Shown in pieces: positions 42,508 through 52,357 of a stretch of DNA of 64,000 nt (positions are counted from its first letter, which is position 1; each line of letters begins with the position of its first letter). Location of the stretch: positions 1,888,001 to 1,952,000 of the forward strand of contig CAWCKH010000004.1 of the NCBI GenBank assembly GCA_963796055.1, in the 5' to 3' direction. The notes beneath the pieces are model-generated. The model did no database searches. It was not told the origin of the DNA and saw only the letters and a program-made list of their open reading frames with translations. This stretch comes from an uncultured delta proteobacterium (GTDB lineage: Bacteria > Myxococcota > Myxococcia > Myxococcales > Myxococcaceae). Made by a program: the position numbers and the translations under genes.

Positions 42508-43322
42508 GCCGCCGCACCCCGTCGCTTCTTCAGCTTCAAGTCCTGCCTCCAGAGCACGGTCAGTAAGGCCACCAGCGCGGCGAAGACCAGCAGGGCCCCG
42601 ATGCGGATGAACGCCAGCACGTAGGGGGTATAGCTGCGCTTCGCCGGGTCGTACTTGAAGCAGGTGAGCAGCACGCGATCGAAGGCGGTGCCCACCTTCC
42701 CCTTGCCGGCCTCGACCAGGGCCAGCTTCATGTCTTGCGCCGGGTACTCGATGCCGTACAGGTACCGCGACAGCCGACCGTCCTCGGAGAGGACGAAGGC
42801 GACCGAGGCATGCGCGAACTGCTTGCTCGGCGGGTCATACCGGTACTTGAAGCCGGTGGCCCTGGCGAGCGCCTGGATCACCGGCTCGGAGGCGGTGGCG
42901 AACCGCCACTCCGGCGTGGTGGGGGAGACGCCCAGCGCCTGCATGTGGCCCCGCTTCGACTCGGCGGCGTCGCGCGAAGTCTCCGCCGGATCGATGCTCA
43001 CCACCACCGCCCGGTAGTCCTGGCCGAGCTTCATCCCCGAGTCCCGGAGCGTCCGGGTCAGGCTGGAGAGGGTCAGGCTGCAGAGCTGCGGGCAGCGGTA
43101 GTAGACCAGCGCCAGCACCACCGGCTTGCCGCGGTGGAGCTCGTCCGCCAGCCGGAAGGGCCGGCCCTCGGAGTCGACCAGCCGGCCGTCCTCGGGCACC
43201 CGGTCGCCGAGCTGCTCGATGACGTCCACCCCCTGCATCGGGGCAGGCACGTTCAGCTGGGCTCCCGCGGCGAGCGGCAGGAGCGCGCCCAGGGCGAGGG
43301 CGATGGTGCCCGGGCGCCTCAC
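42504..43322 (-). CDS. SCO family protein
   Basis: YYRCPQLC, SIDP, FAH, SRYLYGIEY, C-terminal TM. Confidence 0.9.
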   Translation of the reverse strand: MRRPGTIALALGALLPLAAGAQLNVPAPMQGVDVIEQLGDRVPEDGRLVDSEGRPFRLADELHRGKPVVLALVYYRCPQLCSLTLSSLTRTLRDSGMKLGQDYRAVVVSIDPAETSRDAAESKRGHMQALGVSPTTPEWRFATASEPVIQALARATGFKYRYDPPSKQFAHASVAFVLSEDGRLSRYLYGIEYPAQDMKLALVEAGKGKVGTAFDRVLLTCFKYDPAKRSYTPYVLAFIRIGALLVFAALVALLTVLWRQDLKLKKRRGAAA

Positions 43323-43732
43323 TTCCGGGGGCCGCCCTTCCTGGCCTGTTCGGAGAGGTACATCTTCATCGCCTCGTCGATGGGGATGTGGGCGACGCCG
43401 GCCTCGCGGTCCACCCAGCCGTAGCTGCGCAGCCGCTCGATCTGCTGGAGCCGCTTCTGCGCCGCCCGCTGGTCCAGGGCGAAGACCCGCTGGTTCACGA
43501 TGCCCACCTCGTACTCGTCCACCTGCCTGGGCACCGGCGGCGGGCCGGCAGGCTGCATCGCGGCGCGGGTGGAGTTCAGGATGTGCGTCGACCAGACGGT
43601 GGCCACGGCGAAGATGATGATCGAGCCCACGCCAACGCCGATGATCGACTTCCAGTTCATCTGCTGCTGGGCATGCGCCACCTCGGCGGCGCCGTGGCCG
43701 GCCGGATCATGGGTCTGGGCGGTGGTGCTCAT
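43319..43732 (-). CDS. ActG-like small membrane subunit of ACIII
   Basis: One TM, YGWVDREAGVAHIPIDEAM; position between actF and SCO. Confidence 0.7.
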   Translation of the reverse strand: MSTTAQTHDPAGHGAAEVAHAQQQMNWKSIIGVGVGSIIIFAVATVWSTHILNSTRAAMQPAGPPPVPRQVDEYEVGIVNQRVFALDQRAAQKRLQQIERLRSYGWVDREAGVAHIPIDEAMKMYLSEQARKGGPRK

Positions 43733-44946
43733 GCCTGCTGGTACCTCAGCGAGTCGGCCAGGTACGGGTCCTTGACCGGGAGGGTGAAGTGGCCCGCGGC
43801 GCGCCAGCGGGCGAAAGCGATGGCCACCCCGCCTACCCCGATGATCGAGGTCACGTGCGTCCAGTGGAGGAAGAACCCCTGCGGATGGAGCGCCGGGATC
43901 ACCAGCCAGAGGAGGTCCACCCAGTGCACGAAGAGGATCCACACCGCGACGAAGGCCAGACCGCGAGGGTTGAACTTCAGGCTCCGGGAGAGCAGAGCGA
44001 AGAAGGGAATGACGAAGTGGGTGATGATCAGGAAGATGCCCACGCCCTGCCAGCCGCCCCGCATCCGCACCACGTACCAGGCCGACTCCTCGGGGATGTT
44101 GGCGATCCAGATGAGCATGAACTGGTCGAAGGCGATGTAGGTCCAGAAGGCGGTGAAGGCCAGCATCAGCTTGCCCAGGTTGTGGGTGTGGTGCCGGGTC
44201 ACCAGCCCACCGAACAGCCGCGGCTCGTTCCGGGTCCGGACGGTGATGACGGTCAGGAGCGCGATGGAGGCCAGGAAGCTGCCAGCGAAGTAGTAGGCGC
44301 CGAAGATGGTGGAGTACCAGAAGGGATCCACCGACATCAGCCAGTCGAAACCAGCGAAGGTGATGGACAGCCCGAGGAAGGGCAGCGCGCCCGAGCCGTA
44401 GCGCCGCATGCGTCGGGTGGGCTCCAGCCCGCCCTCCTGGTCCTGCCGGAGCGACCAGCCGCGGAGCAGCTGGTTCACCACCACCCAGATGGCGAAGTAG
44501 ACCACCGCCCGGACGAGGAATCCGGGCACGTTCAGCCAGGCGGCCTTGTGGGTGAGCAGCTCCAGCTGCTCGTGGCTCATCTTGTTCGAGGGACTCACCC
44601 AGGGGAACAGCACCGGCATCCCCAGGGCAATCGGCAGGAACAGCAGGACGAAGATGGGGATCGCCGCGCCCATCGACTCGAACACCCGCCGCAGCACCGT
44701 CATCCACCGCGCGGCGGAGGCGTGGAAGATGGCGTTCCAGATGCTCGCCGCGATGGCGATCCCCAGCCAATAGGCGAAGGCGACGAGGTAGCCGGCGAGG
44801 ATGATTGACCGGTCCTCGCCCTCCATGCCGTAGCCGATGGCGGTCAGGACCAGCCCGGCGACGCCGAGCCCGGCGGCGATGGTGAAGGTCCTCCCCCCGG
44901 GCTTGAGCCGGTCCTGGGTGATGGTGGTGGGACCTACCTCGACCAT
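43729..44946 (-). CDS. actF: Alternative complex III subunit F
   Basis: DWLMSVDPFWYSTIFG, LGKLMLAF, QFMLIWIANIPEE. Confidence 0.9.
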   Translation of the reverse strand: MVEVGPTTITQDRLKPGGRTFTIAAGLGVAGLVLTAIGYGMEGEDRSIILAGYLVAFAYWLGIAIAASIWNAIFHASAARWMTVLRRVFESMGAAIPIFVLLFLPIALGMPVLFPWVSPSNKMSHEQLELLTHKAAWLNVPGFLVRAVVYFAIWVVVNQLLRGWSLRQDQEGGLEPTRRMRRYGSGALPFLGLSITFAGFDWLMSVDPFWYSTIFGAYYFAGSFLASIALLTVITVRTRNEPRLFGGLVTRHHTHNLGKLMLAFTAFWTYIAFDQFMLIWIANIPEESAWYVVRMRGGWQGVGIFLIITHFVIPFFALLSRSLKFNPRGLAFVAVWILFVHWVDLLWLVIPALHPQGFFLHWTHVTSIIGVGGVAIAFARWRAAGHFTLPVKDPYLADSLRYQQA

Positions 44947-45536
44947 GTCTGCCCCTCCCGGAGGCGGCGCTGCACATCCGCCGGCAGCGAGTTCACCGGC
45001 GCGTTCTGGCTGAGCTGCAACGCCTGCACGTAGGCCACCACCGCCCAGCGCTCGTCGGTGGGGATCTCCCCGGAGAACGAGGGCATGAGCCCGTAGCCCT
45101 CGGTGATGGCCTGGTAGAAGAAGCCTGGCGGCCGGAACCCGAGCGCCACCAGCGAGGGTGGCAACCGGGTGGCCATGTTGTCCGCCACCATGCTGTCCCC
45201 GTTCCCCACCAGTCCGTGGCAGTTGGAGCACACCACCTCGTAGCGGTGGCGGCCGCGGGCCAGCAGCTCGGGGGTCACCGGGATGGGGATGTGGGTGACC
45301 AGCTGGCCGTCGACCATCCCGGTGCTGATGCCGGGAGCGCCCACCACCGCCTCGCGGGAGATGGTCCCCTGGGGAGGCGTCCGCATCCCGCGCCCGTCGG
45401 CGTAGAGGCCGTTGGCGCTGTAGGGCAGGATCTTGTCCTGCACCTCCATGCGCTGCAGAACGTCGCTGGCCCGAGTTCCGGCGCAGCTGCACCCGGAGAG
45501 GACGCCGAGGCCGAGGAGGAAGAGAACCGGCCTCAT
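44934..45536 (-). CDS. actE: Alternative complex III subunit E (monoheme cytochrome c lipoprotein)
   Basis: Lipobox LSGC, CSNCH, GYGLMP, RWAVVAYVQALQ. Confidence 0.9.
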   Translation of the reverse strand: MRPVLFLLGLGVLSGCSCAGTRASDVLQRMEVQDKILPYSANGLYADGRGMRTPPQGTISREAVVGAPGISTGMVDGQLVTHIPIPVTPELLARGRHRYEVVCSNCHGLVGNGDSMVADNMATRLPPSLVALGFRPPGFFYQAITEGYGLMPSFSGEIPTDERWAVVAYVQALQLSQNAPVNSLPADVQRRLREGQTWSR

Positions 45537-46096
45537 TCCACCGCCTCCTGCACGTCGAGCACTTCCACCGCACCCAGCTGGGTGAGGACCGCGCTGACGT
45601 CCTTGACCTCGCCGCGCGGTGGGAGCGCCACGCTCATCCAGAACCCGTCGTTCACCGCGCTCCGGAACTGCTCGGACTCGAACACCGCGTGGTACGGCTG
45701 GGGGAGCCGCATCAGGATGAGCAGCCCGAAGAAGATGCTCAGCGACGCGAGCAGCACCGTGGTCTCGAAGGTGATGGGGATGAACGAGGGAGGTGCGTGG
45801 GGCGGCCGTCCTCCGACGTTGATCGGCCAGTTCACCGCGTTCATGTAGACCATCATGAGGTAGCCGCCGAAGGTTCCGGTGAGCCCGCCGGCGAGGGCGA
45901 TCCGCGGCACCCGGCTGCGTCCGAGTCCCAGGGCCTCGTCCCCGCCGTGCAGCGGATAGGGCGAGTGGGTGTCGATGGTCTCGAAGCCCTTCTCCCGGAC
46001 CTTGTAGCAGGCTTCCACCAGCGCCTCGCCGCTCGGAAAACGCCCGAGGACGAAGGTCTTGCCGACTGGAGCAGCGTGTTCCGCGGCGTGTTCCAT
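45533..46096 (-). CDS. actD: Alternative complex III subunit D (DUF3341)
   Basis: SPYPLHG, INVGGRP, FIPITFETTVL. Confidence 0.9.
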   Translation of the reverse strand: MEHAAEHAAPVGKTFVLGRFPSGEALVEACYKVREKGFETIDTHSPYPLHGGDEALGLGRSRVPRIALAGGLTGTFGGYLMMVYMNAVNWPINVGGRPPHAPPSFIPITFETTVLLASLSIFFGLLILMRLPQPYHAVFESEQFRSAVNDGFWMSVALPPRGEVKDVSAVLTQLGAVEVLDVQEAVE

Positions 46097-46100
46097 TCGA

Positions 46101-47510
46101 TCAGGCTCCGGTGACCACCGTGACCGGGGCGGGGCGGTGCTGGAGCTCCTCGTTGAGCTCCTTCACCTCGCTCACCGCGACCGCGGGAATGAACTTGAGG
46201 AAGAGGAGGAAGCAGGTGCTGAAGAAGCCGATGGTCCCCAGGAAGAGGGTGATGTCCACCCAGGTCGGGTAGTACATGTCCCAGGCGGCGGGCAGGAAAT
46301 CGCGGGTCAGCGAGGTGACGACGATGACGAACCGCTCACACCACATCCCGACGTTTACCAGGATGCTGGCGATGAACATCACCGGGATCGAGGTGCGCGC
46401 CGCCTTGAACCAGAAGATCTGGGGGACGAGCACGTTGCAGAACAGCATCAAGTAATACACGCCGCGGTACGGCCCGGTCGCCCGGTTGAAGAACACGAAC
46501 CACTCGAACTGGTTCCCCGAGTACCAGGCGATGAAGTGCTCCATCAGGTACCCGTAGGAGACCAGCATCCCCGTGGCGAGGATGATCTTGTTCATGTTTT
46601 CCAGGTGCCTCATGGTGATGACGTGCTTCAGGCCCAGGAAGTGCCGCGCCGGGACCATCCAGGACATCACCATGGCGAAGCCGGAGAAGACCGCGCCGGC
46701 CACGAAGTACGGCGGGAAGACGGTGGTGTGCCAGCCGGGGATCAGGCCCACCGCGAAGTCGAAGGAGACGATGGTGTGCACGCTCACCACCAGCGGGGTG
46801 GAGAGCCCCGCCAGCAGGAGGTAGCCGACCTTGTAGTTGTGCCAGTGGCGGCCCGACCCACGCCAGCCGAGGGCGAAGATGCCGTAGACCTTCCGCTGGA
46901 CGAGGCCCTTGCTCGCGTCGCGGAGCGAGGCCAGGTCGGGGATGAGGCCCAGGTACCAGAAGAGCACCGAGACGGTGAAGTAGGTCGACACCGCGAATAC
47001 GTCCCAGACGAGTGGGCTCTTGAACTGCGGCCACATGTTGAGCGTGCTCGGGTAGGGGAACATGAAGTAGGCGAACCACGGCCGCCCGGTGTGGAGCAGG
47101 GGGAACAGCCCTGCGCACATCACCGCGAAGATGGTCATCGCCTCGCTGAAGCGGTTGATGGCGGTGCGCCACCTCTGCTGGAAGAGGAAAAGGATGGCGC
47201 TGATCAGCGTCCCGGCGTGGCCGATGCCGATCCACCACACGAAGTTGGTGATCCCGAAGCCCCAGCCCACCGGGATGTTGTTGCCCCAGGTCCCGATCCC
47301 CACGGCCAGGGTGACGGTGATCGCCAGGAGCATCGCCCCGAGGCCGGCCAGGGCGATGAGGAAGGCGAGTAGCCATCCCTTGTCCGGTCGGGCCCAGACG
47401 TGGGCCAGGAGGTTGCCGGTCAGGGTGGTGTTGTCCTGCTTCCCCACCAGCAAGGGCGCGGAGTCCAGCGGGTCGGCGGCGACGGCCGCCGCGGCGTGTT
47501 CGGCGGCCAT
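46101..47510 (-). CDS. actC: Alternative complex III subunit C (NrfD family)
   Basis: NFVWWIGIGHAGTLISA, HTGRPW, SPLVWD, SVHTIVSFDF, GWHTT; own ATG at 47510 overlapping the actB TGA. Confidence 0.93.
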   Translation of the reverse strand: MAAEHAAAAVAADPLDSAPLLVGKQDNTTLTGNLLAHVWARPDKGWLLAFLIALAGLGAMLLAITVTLAVGIGTWGNNIPVGWGFGITNFVWWIGIGHAGTLISAILFLFQQRWRTAINRFSEAMTIFAVMCAGLFPLLHTGRPWFAYFMFPYPSTLNMWPQFKSPLVWDVFAVSTYFTVSVLFWYLGLIPDLASLRDASKGLVQRKVYGIFALGWRGSGRHWHNYKVGYLLLAGLSTPLVVSVHTIVSFDFAVGLIPGWHTTVFPPYFVAGAVFSGFAMVMSWMVPARHFLGLKHVITMRHLENMNKIILATGMLVSYGYLMEHFIAWYSGNQFEWFVFFNRATGPYRGVYYLMLFCNVLVPQIFWFKAARTSIPVMFIASILVNVGMWCERFVIVVTSLTRDFLPAAWDMYYPTWVDITLFLGTIGFFSTCFLLFLKFIPAVAVSEVKELNEELQHRPAPVTVVTGA

Positions 47511-50500
47511 CAGCCGAGCTCCGGGTTGGGGTTCTTGATCTTGGTCAGGTACACGGTTCGAGGCCGGGTGTTCAGCTCGTGGAGCACGTCGAAGCGCCGC
47601 GGATCGGCGTGCCGCCGGCTGACCTGGGATCTCGGGGTCATGGAGCGAGCCGAAGGTCAGCGCGTTGGTGGGGCAAACCTGCTGGCAGGCGGTCTTCAGC
47701 TCGGTGTCGCCGATGGTCCGGTTCTCGAGACGGGCGGCGATCCGGGTGCGCTCGATGCGCTGCACGCAGTACGTGCACTTCTCCATCACCCCTCGGGCGC
47801 GGACGGTCACGTCCGGGTTCATCAGCATCTTCTCCACCTGGCTCTTGTCCTGTGTCCAGTGGAGGTAGTTGAAGTGCCGGACCTTGTAGGGGCAGTTGTT
47901 CGAGCAGTACCGGGTGCCGATGCACCGGTTGTAGACCATGTCGTTGAGGCCCTCGTCCGAGTGGACGGTGGCGTTGACCGGGCACACATACTCGCAGGGG
48001 GCGGTCTCGCAGTGCTGGCAGAACATGGGCTGGTTCACCATCTGCGGTGACTCGGCCGGCCCGGAGTAGTACCGGTCCATGCGGATCCACTGCATCTCGC
48101 GCCCGTGCCCCACCTGGGTCTTGCCCACCACCGGGATGTTGTTCTCCGCCTGGCAAGCCACCACGCAGGCGCTGCACCCGGTGCAGCGGCTCATGTCCAC
48201 CGACATCGCCCACTTGTACGGCTGCTTCGAGTAGTCGATCGCCGGCTGGACCGAGGGGAGCACCCTGCCCGGCAGCTCCCTGCCGCCGGGCTGTTTCACC
48301 GGGGGCCGGAGCTCGGCCGCCTCGGGGTGCTGCAGGAACTCCTCCAGGGTCTGCATCAGCGCGATGGGGCGGCCCTCGGTGACGTTGTGCACCTGGGTGG
48401 TGCTGATCGGGTAGCGGCGGCCGAGCTTCTTCACCTCCAGCCCGGGGACGAACCAGGGGCTGGCGGCGGAGCGAAGCGGGTACACGTCATGGCCCACCAC
48501 CACCGGCTCGTCGGCGTCCTTCACCCCCAGGGTCTGCTGCTTGCGGCCGTAGCCGAGCGACACCGTGACCGCCTCGTCGGAGTGGCCAGGCTGTACCCAG
48601 GCCGGGACCTGGACCGAGCGCCCGGAGACGGTGAGCTGAAGCAGATCGCCGTTCTCGATCTCCAGCTGCCTGGCCAGGCCCGGGCCGATCTGGGCCACGT
48701 TGTCCCAGGTGACCTTGGTGATCGGGTCGGGCAGCTCCTGGAGCCAGCTGTTCAGCGCGTACCGGCCGTCGAGGAGCTTGTAGTCGTGGACCAGGTCCAG
48801 CTCCAGGCCGCCCGGGGCCGGGCGGGCCTGCCCGGCGGCGGCGCGCACCCGGTCCGCCTGCAGAGCGGGGGTGACCGGAGCGCTGGCCGTGCCCGGGACC
48901 ACGCCGGTCGCCAGCCAGACCTCCCACTCGCTGTCGAAGTCACCCTTGGCCCGCGAGGCGTGCAATGACTTCAGCCGGTCGTAGGGCTTGGTCTCGTCGG
49001 TGAGGAAGGCCGAGAGGAGCTCCGCCTCGGAGACGCCCCCGAACAGCGGCTGGATGAGCGGCTGGACGATGGACAGCGTGCCCTCTCGGCTGCGGGCATC
49101 GCCCCAGCTCTCGAAGGGGTGCGCCGCGGGGAGGAACCAGTTCACCACCCGCGAGGTCTCGTCGTCGTGGAGCCCGAGGTAGACGGCGTTGGGCACCTTG
49201 CGGAGGAGGCCCACCAGGTCCACGTCGCCCGGGCTGGTGAACACCGGGTTCCAGGCGGTGATGACCAGGGTGTCCACCTTGCCGGCCCGCAGCTCGTCGA
49301 CCAGCGGCTGCCAGCTGGAGCGTCCGGTGGCGGTGTCCAGCACCGCCGGCTCGGTGAAGGTGACGGTGGTGCCCACCCCTCCGAGCGTGGCGTTGATCGC
49401 CTGGGCCACCGCGTGGGTGAGCACGGTCTGTCGCTCGCCGGGGATGACCAGCGCCGCGCCGCGCTTGCCGGCGAGGTCCCTGGCCACCGCGGTGATGAAC
49501 TTCGCCCGCTCTCCGCTCACGGCGGCCGGGCTGCGGAAGCCGGAGAGCGCAGGGACGGTCTTTCCCAGCTCGGCGGCCAGGGCCAGGGCGAAGGCCTCGA
49601 TGTCGGCGCTGCGCAGCCGCAGCCGATGGTCGGCCATGCCGCCGGTGATGCTGAACCGGGTCTCGACCACGTAGAGCCGGTTCAGCCCCGCCGGGTGCTG
49701 CGGCTCGCGGCGGTTGGCGTAGCCGAGGTTCTGGTCGATGGTGTCGGGGCGGGCCTCGAGGAAGTCGGCGTCGAGCGAGACGATGACGTCGGCCTTCTCG
49801 ATGAGGTAGTGGGGCTCGAGGGCCTTGCCGAAGGCGAGCGCGGTGCCGTCGTACACCGCGTCGCGCGGGGTCGCGCTCCAGGCGTGGAACTTTGCCCTGG
49901 GGAAGCGCTGGGTGATGGCCTCGCGGAGCGACCCGGTCAGGGGCGAGCTGGTCGGTCCGGAGAGGAAGCGGAGACCGGCGCCGCCATCCTTCTCCCATGC
50001 GCCGGAGCGGACGCGCATCGCCTCGCGGAACCCACGCCAGCTGCGCCCGGCGCCGCGCTCCTTGAGCACCCGGGCGCGGAACGGATCATAGAGGGTGGCC
50101 AGCTCGGCCTGCGCCTGTGGACCGGTGGCTCCCCGGGAGACGGGGTGGCTGGGGTTGCCCTCCACCTTCACCGGCCGGCCCTCCCAGCTGGTGGCCAGGA
50201 CCCCCAGGGCGAGCCCGTCCTGCACCAGGGCGGTGGCAAAGTGGAGTGGGTTTCCGGGGACCAGCCCGTCCGGCGCCTTGGTGTAGGCGAGGATCTTCTC
50301 CACCGGCTTCTCGGTGCAGGCGGTGAGGCCCGCCAGCGCCACCGAGGCGCCCATCAGCTGGAGGAAGTCACGCCGGGCGAAGCCCTTGGGCACGTCGAAG
50401 GCGCCGGGGGGGAACTCCTGATCGGCGTGCGGGAGCGCGGCCTCGCCATGGAGCTGCTCCTCCATGCTGCGCCAGTAGGTGCGGCCATAGCCGTGCTCGG

Positions 50501-50612
50501 AGCCGGGCTGGCGGCCGAGGGCGAAGCTGGCCTCGTCCGGGATGTCGACCGCGTCGGGCTCGACAGAGGCGCTCGTGCCGAGCACCGGGAGCGGGAACCG
50601 GGGAGTGGTCAT
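47510..50612 (-). CDS. actB: Alternative complex III subunit B (molybdopterin-like + Fe-S) with +1 frameshift at ~47630
   Basis: YWRS, TAT motif RRDFLQL, GRPVKVEGNP.HP, CTGCSACVVAC, CQHCETAPCEYVCP, CIGTRYCSNNCPY, CTYC; true end SQVSRR...ELNTRPRTVYLTKIKNPNPELG* lies in the shifted frame. Confidence 0.92.
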
Positions 50613-51262
50613 CGGTGACATGCGTCGCAGGAGATCCGCGTGTGGACGTTGTACTGCTGGGCCAGCTGGGTCCCGAGCCTCTGCCGGTCCACGGCAGGGT
50701 CCGGCTTCCAGGTCATGCTGGTCATGAACTCCACGGGCCGGAGCTGTGGCTCGGGGTTGCGGTGGCAGTCCACGCACCAGCCCATGGAGAGCGGCGCCTT
50801 CTGGTCGAGGACCGCCATCTGATCGACCCGGCCGTGGCAGGTCACACAGCCCACGCCCTTGTTCACGTGGATCGCGTGGTTGAAGTAGACGTAATCGGGG
50901 AGGTTGTGGACCGAGTTCCAGGGGATGGGTCGGTCCTTGAAGTAGTACTCCCGCACCAGCCCGAGCAGCGGGCTCTTGTTCCACACCTGCGCGTGGCAGC
51001 TCATGCAGATGGTGGTGGAGGGCAGGCCGGGGTAGGGGCTCTTCTCCACCGTGTAGTGGCAGTAGCGGCAGTCGATCCCCTCGTCACCGACGTGGTGGCG
51101 GTGGTCGAACTCGATGGGCTGGACGACCGCGCGGTCCTGCTTGGTGCCCCAGGTGGAGCGGACGACGATCATCAGTCCGGCAATCGCAACCGCGGGAAGC
51201 GCCAGGAGCAGCACGCCCGTGAGGCGTGAGACCGTATTCGTCCAGCGTGGGAAAAGGGGCAT
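50609..51262 (-). CDS. actA: Alternative complex III subunit A (pentaheme cytochrome c)
   Basis: N-terminal TM and five CxxCH motifs (CRYCH, CMSCH, CVTCH, CVDCH, CDACH). Confidence 0.93.
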   Translation of the reverse strand: MPLFPRWTNTVSRLTGVLLLALPAVAIAGLMIVVRSTWGTKQDRAVVQPIEFDHRHHVGDEGIDCRYCHYTVEKSPYPGLPSTTICMSCHAQVWNKSPLLGLVREYYFKDRPIPWNSVHNLPDYVYFNHAIHVNKGVGCVTCHGRVDQMAVLDQKAPLSMGWCVDCHRNPEPQLRPVEFMTSMTWKPDPAVDRQRLGTQLAQQYNVHTRISCDACHR

Positions 51263-51494
51263 CTCGTGGCCTGACGATCGGGGGGAGAGCGCAGAATCTG
51301 CGGGGCGCGTTCTACGGAACGGCAGGCCAACCTTCAATGTCTAAGTCGCGGTGATCCCTCGTTCGGCGTCATCGACGCCTGTAGCTCGAGTTAGGTCAAG
51401 GCGGCCGCAGGCGAGGTCCGGGTGAGGGTGTCGTCAAGCGGGCTGCAGTCGGGAGGTCCAGGCGGCCGCAGGCGCGGGGCGGGCAGCCTCAGGT

Positions 51495-52292
51495 TCACCG
51501 GGGAGGAACGAGCCGGTCGGCATTTCCGGAGAAGACGGCCTGCTCCTCCGCGGCACCCAGGCCGAGCCCGCGCACGTGCCCGACCACGTCGGCGAAAGGA
51601 ATGCCCAGGCTCGGCAGGTCCGAGCCGAAGAGGATCTTATCCGTCATCCCGGCGAGCTCGCCGGGTCCCAGCGGGACCGGATGGAACAGCACCGGGGTCA
51701 GGTCGCCGTGGAGCGAGCGGTGGCGGTGAAGCACGGCGAGTGCCTCGCGCACCGACGGGGCAGCGAGGTGGGCGAGCACGATGCGCGCCTCGGGCCAGGC
51801 GGTCGCCACCCGCTCGAGCGTGGCCAGCTCCTCGGGCTCGGTGGGCCCCACCGGCGAGTGGCCGAGGTGCACCACCACCGGAATTCCGCGCTCCGACACC
51901 CGGGCCCACAGGGGCACCAGCCGCTCGTCGTCGAGCGAGAAGTGACCCACCGCGCAGTGGAGCTTGAACAGTCGAAGGCCGAGCCCGAGCGCCTCGTCCG
52001 CCACCCGGGCCACGTCGTCGCCGGGGTGCACGGTGGCCCCGGGCTCGACGAGCGCATCGCCGCCCCAGGTCTCGGCCATCCAGCGGTTGAGCGCCTCGGC
52101 AGCGCCCGGGCGACGGACGTAGGGGAGCGACCAGCAGCGGGCGACGCCGGCCTCGCGGAGCGCGGCGTGGGCGACCTCGGGCTCCGGGGCGTAGGGGAAC
52201 GACTCGGGCGGGAGGGCCTGGGTGAAGTAAGCGCGGATGGCGCGGCCGAGCCGGTCGGGGAGGAGGTGGGTGTGGGCATCGACGATGCGCAC
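51495..52292 (-). CDS. Amidohydrolase_2 family protein
   Basis: DAHTH, FKLH, VVVH, LAH, LFGSDLP. Confidence 0.85.
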   Translation of the reverse strand: MRIVDAHTHLLPDRLGRAIRAYFTQALPPESFPYAPEPEVAHAALREAGVARCWSLPYVRRPGAAEALNRWMAETWGGDALVEPGATVHPGDDVARVADEALGLGLRLFKLHCAVGHFSLDDERLVPLWARVSERGIPVVVHLGHSPVGPTEPEELATLERVATAWPEARIVLAHLAAPSVREALAVLHRHRSLHGDLTPVLFHPVPLGPGELAGMTDKILFGSDLPSLGIPFADVVGHVRGLGLGAAEEQAVFSGNADRLVPPR

Positions 52293-52357
52293 GGCGCCGG
52301 ATGTAACCCCGGGGCCACCCGCCGTGGCCAGCTCCGGTCAAGCCGCTCGGCCGCCGT

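Noticed and set aside
46101..50984. 1627-aa ORF as a novel giant respiratory protein
   Set aside because: Composite of an out-of-frame actA overlap, frameshifted actB and actC
51386..51399. FNR-like box TCGAG-N4-GTCAA upstream of actA
   Set aside because: Only one good half-site; too weak without comparative support
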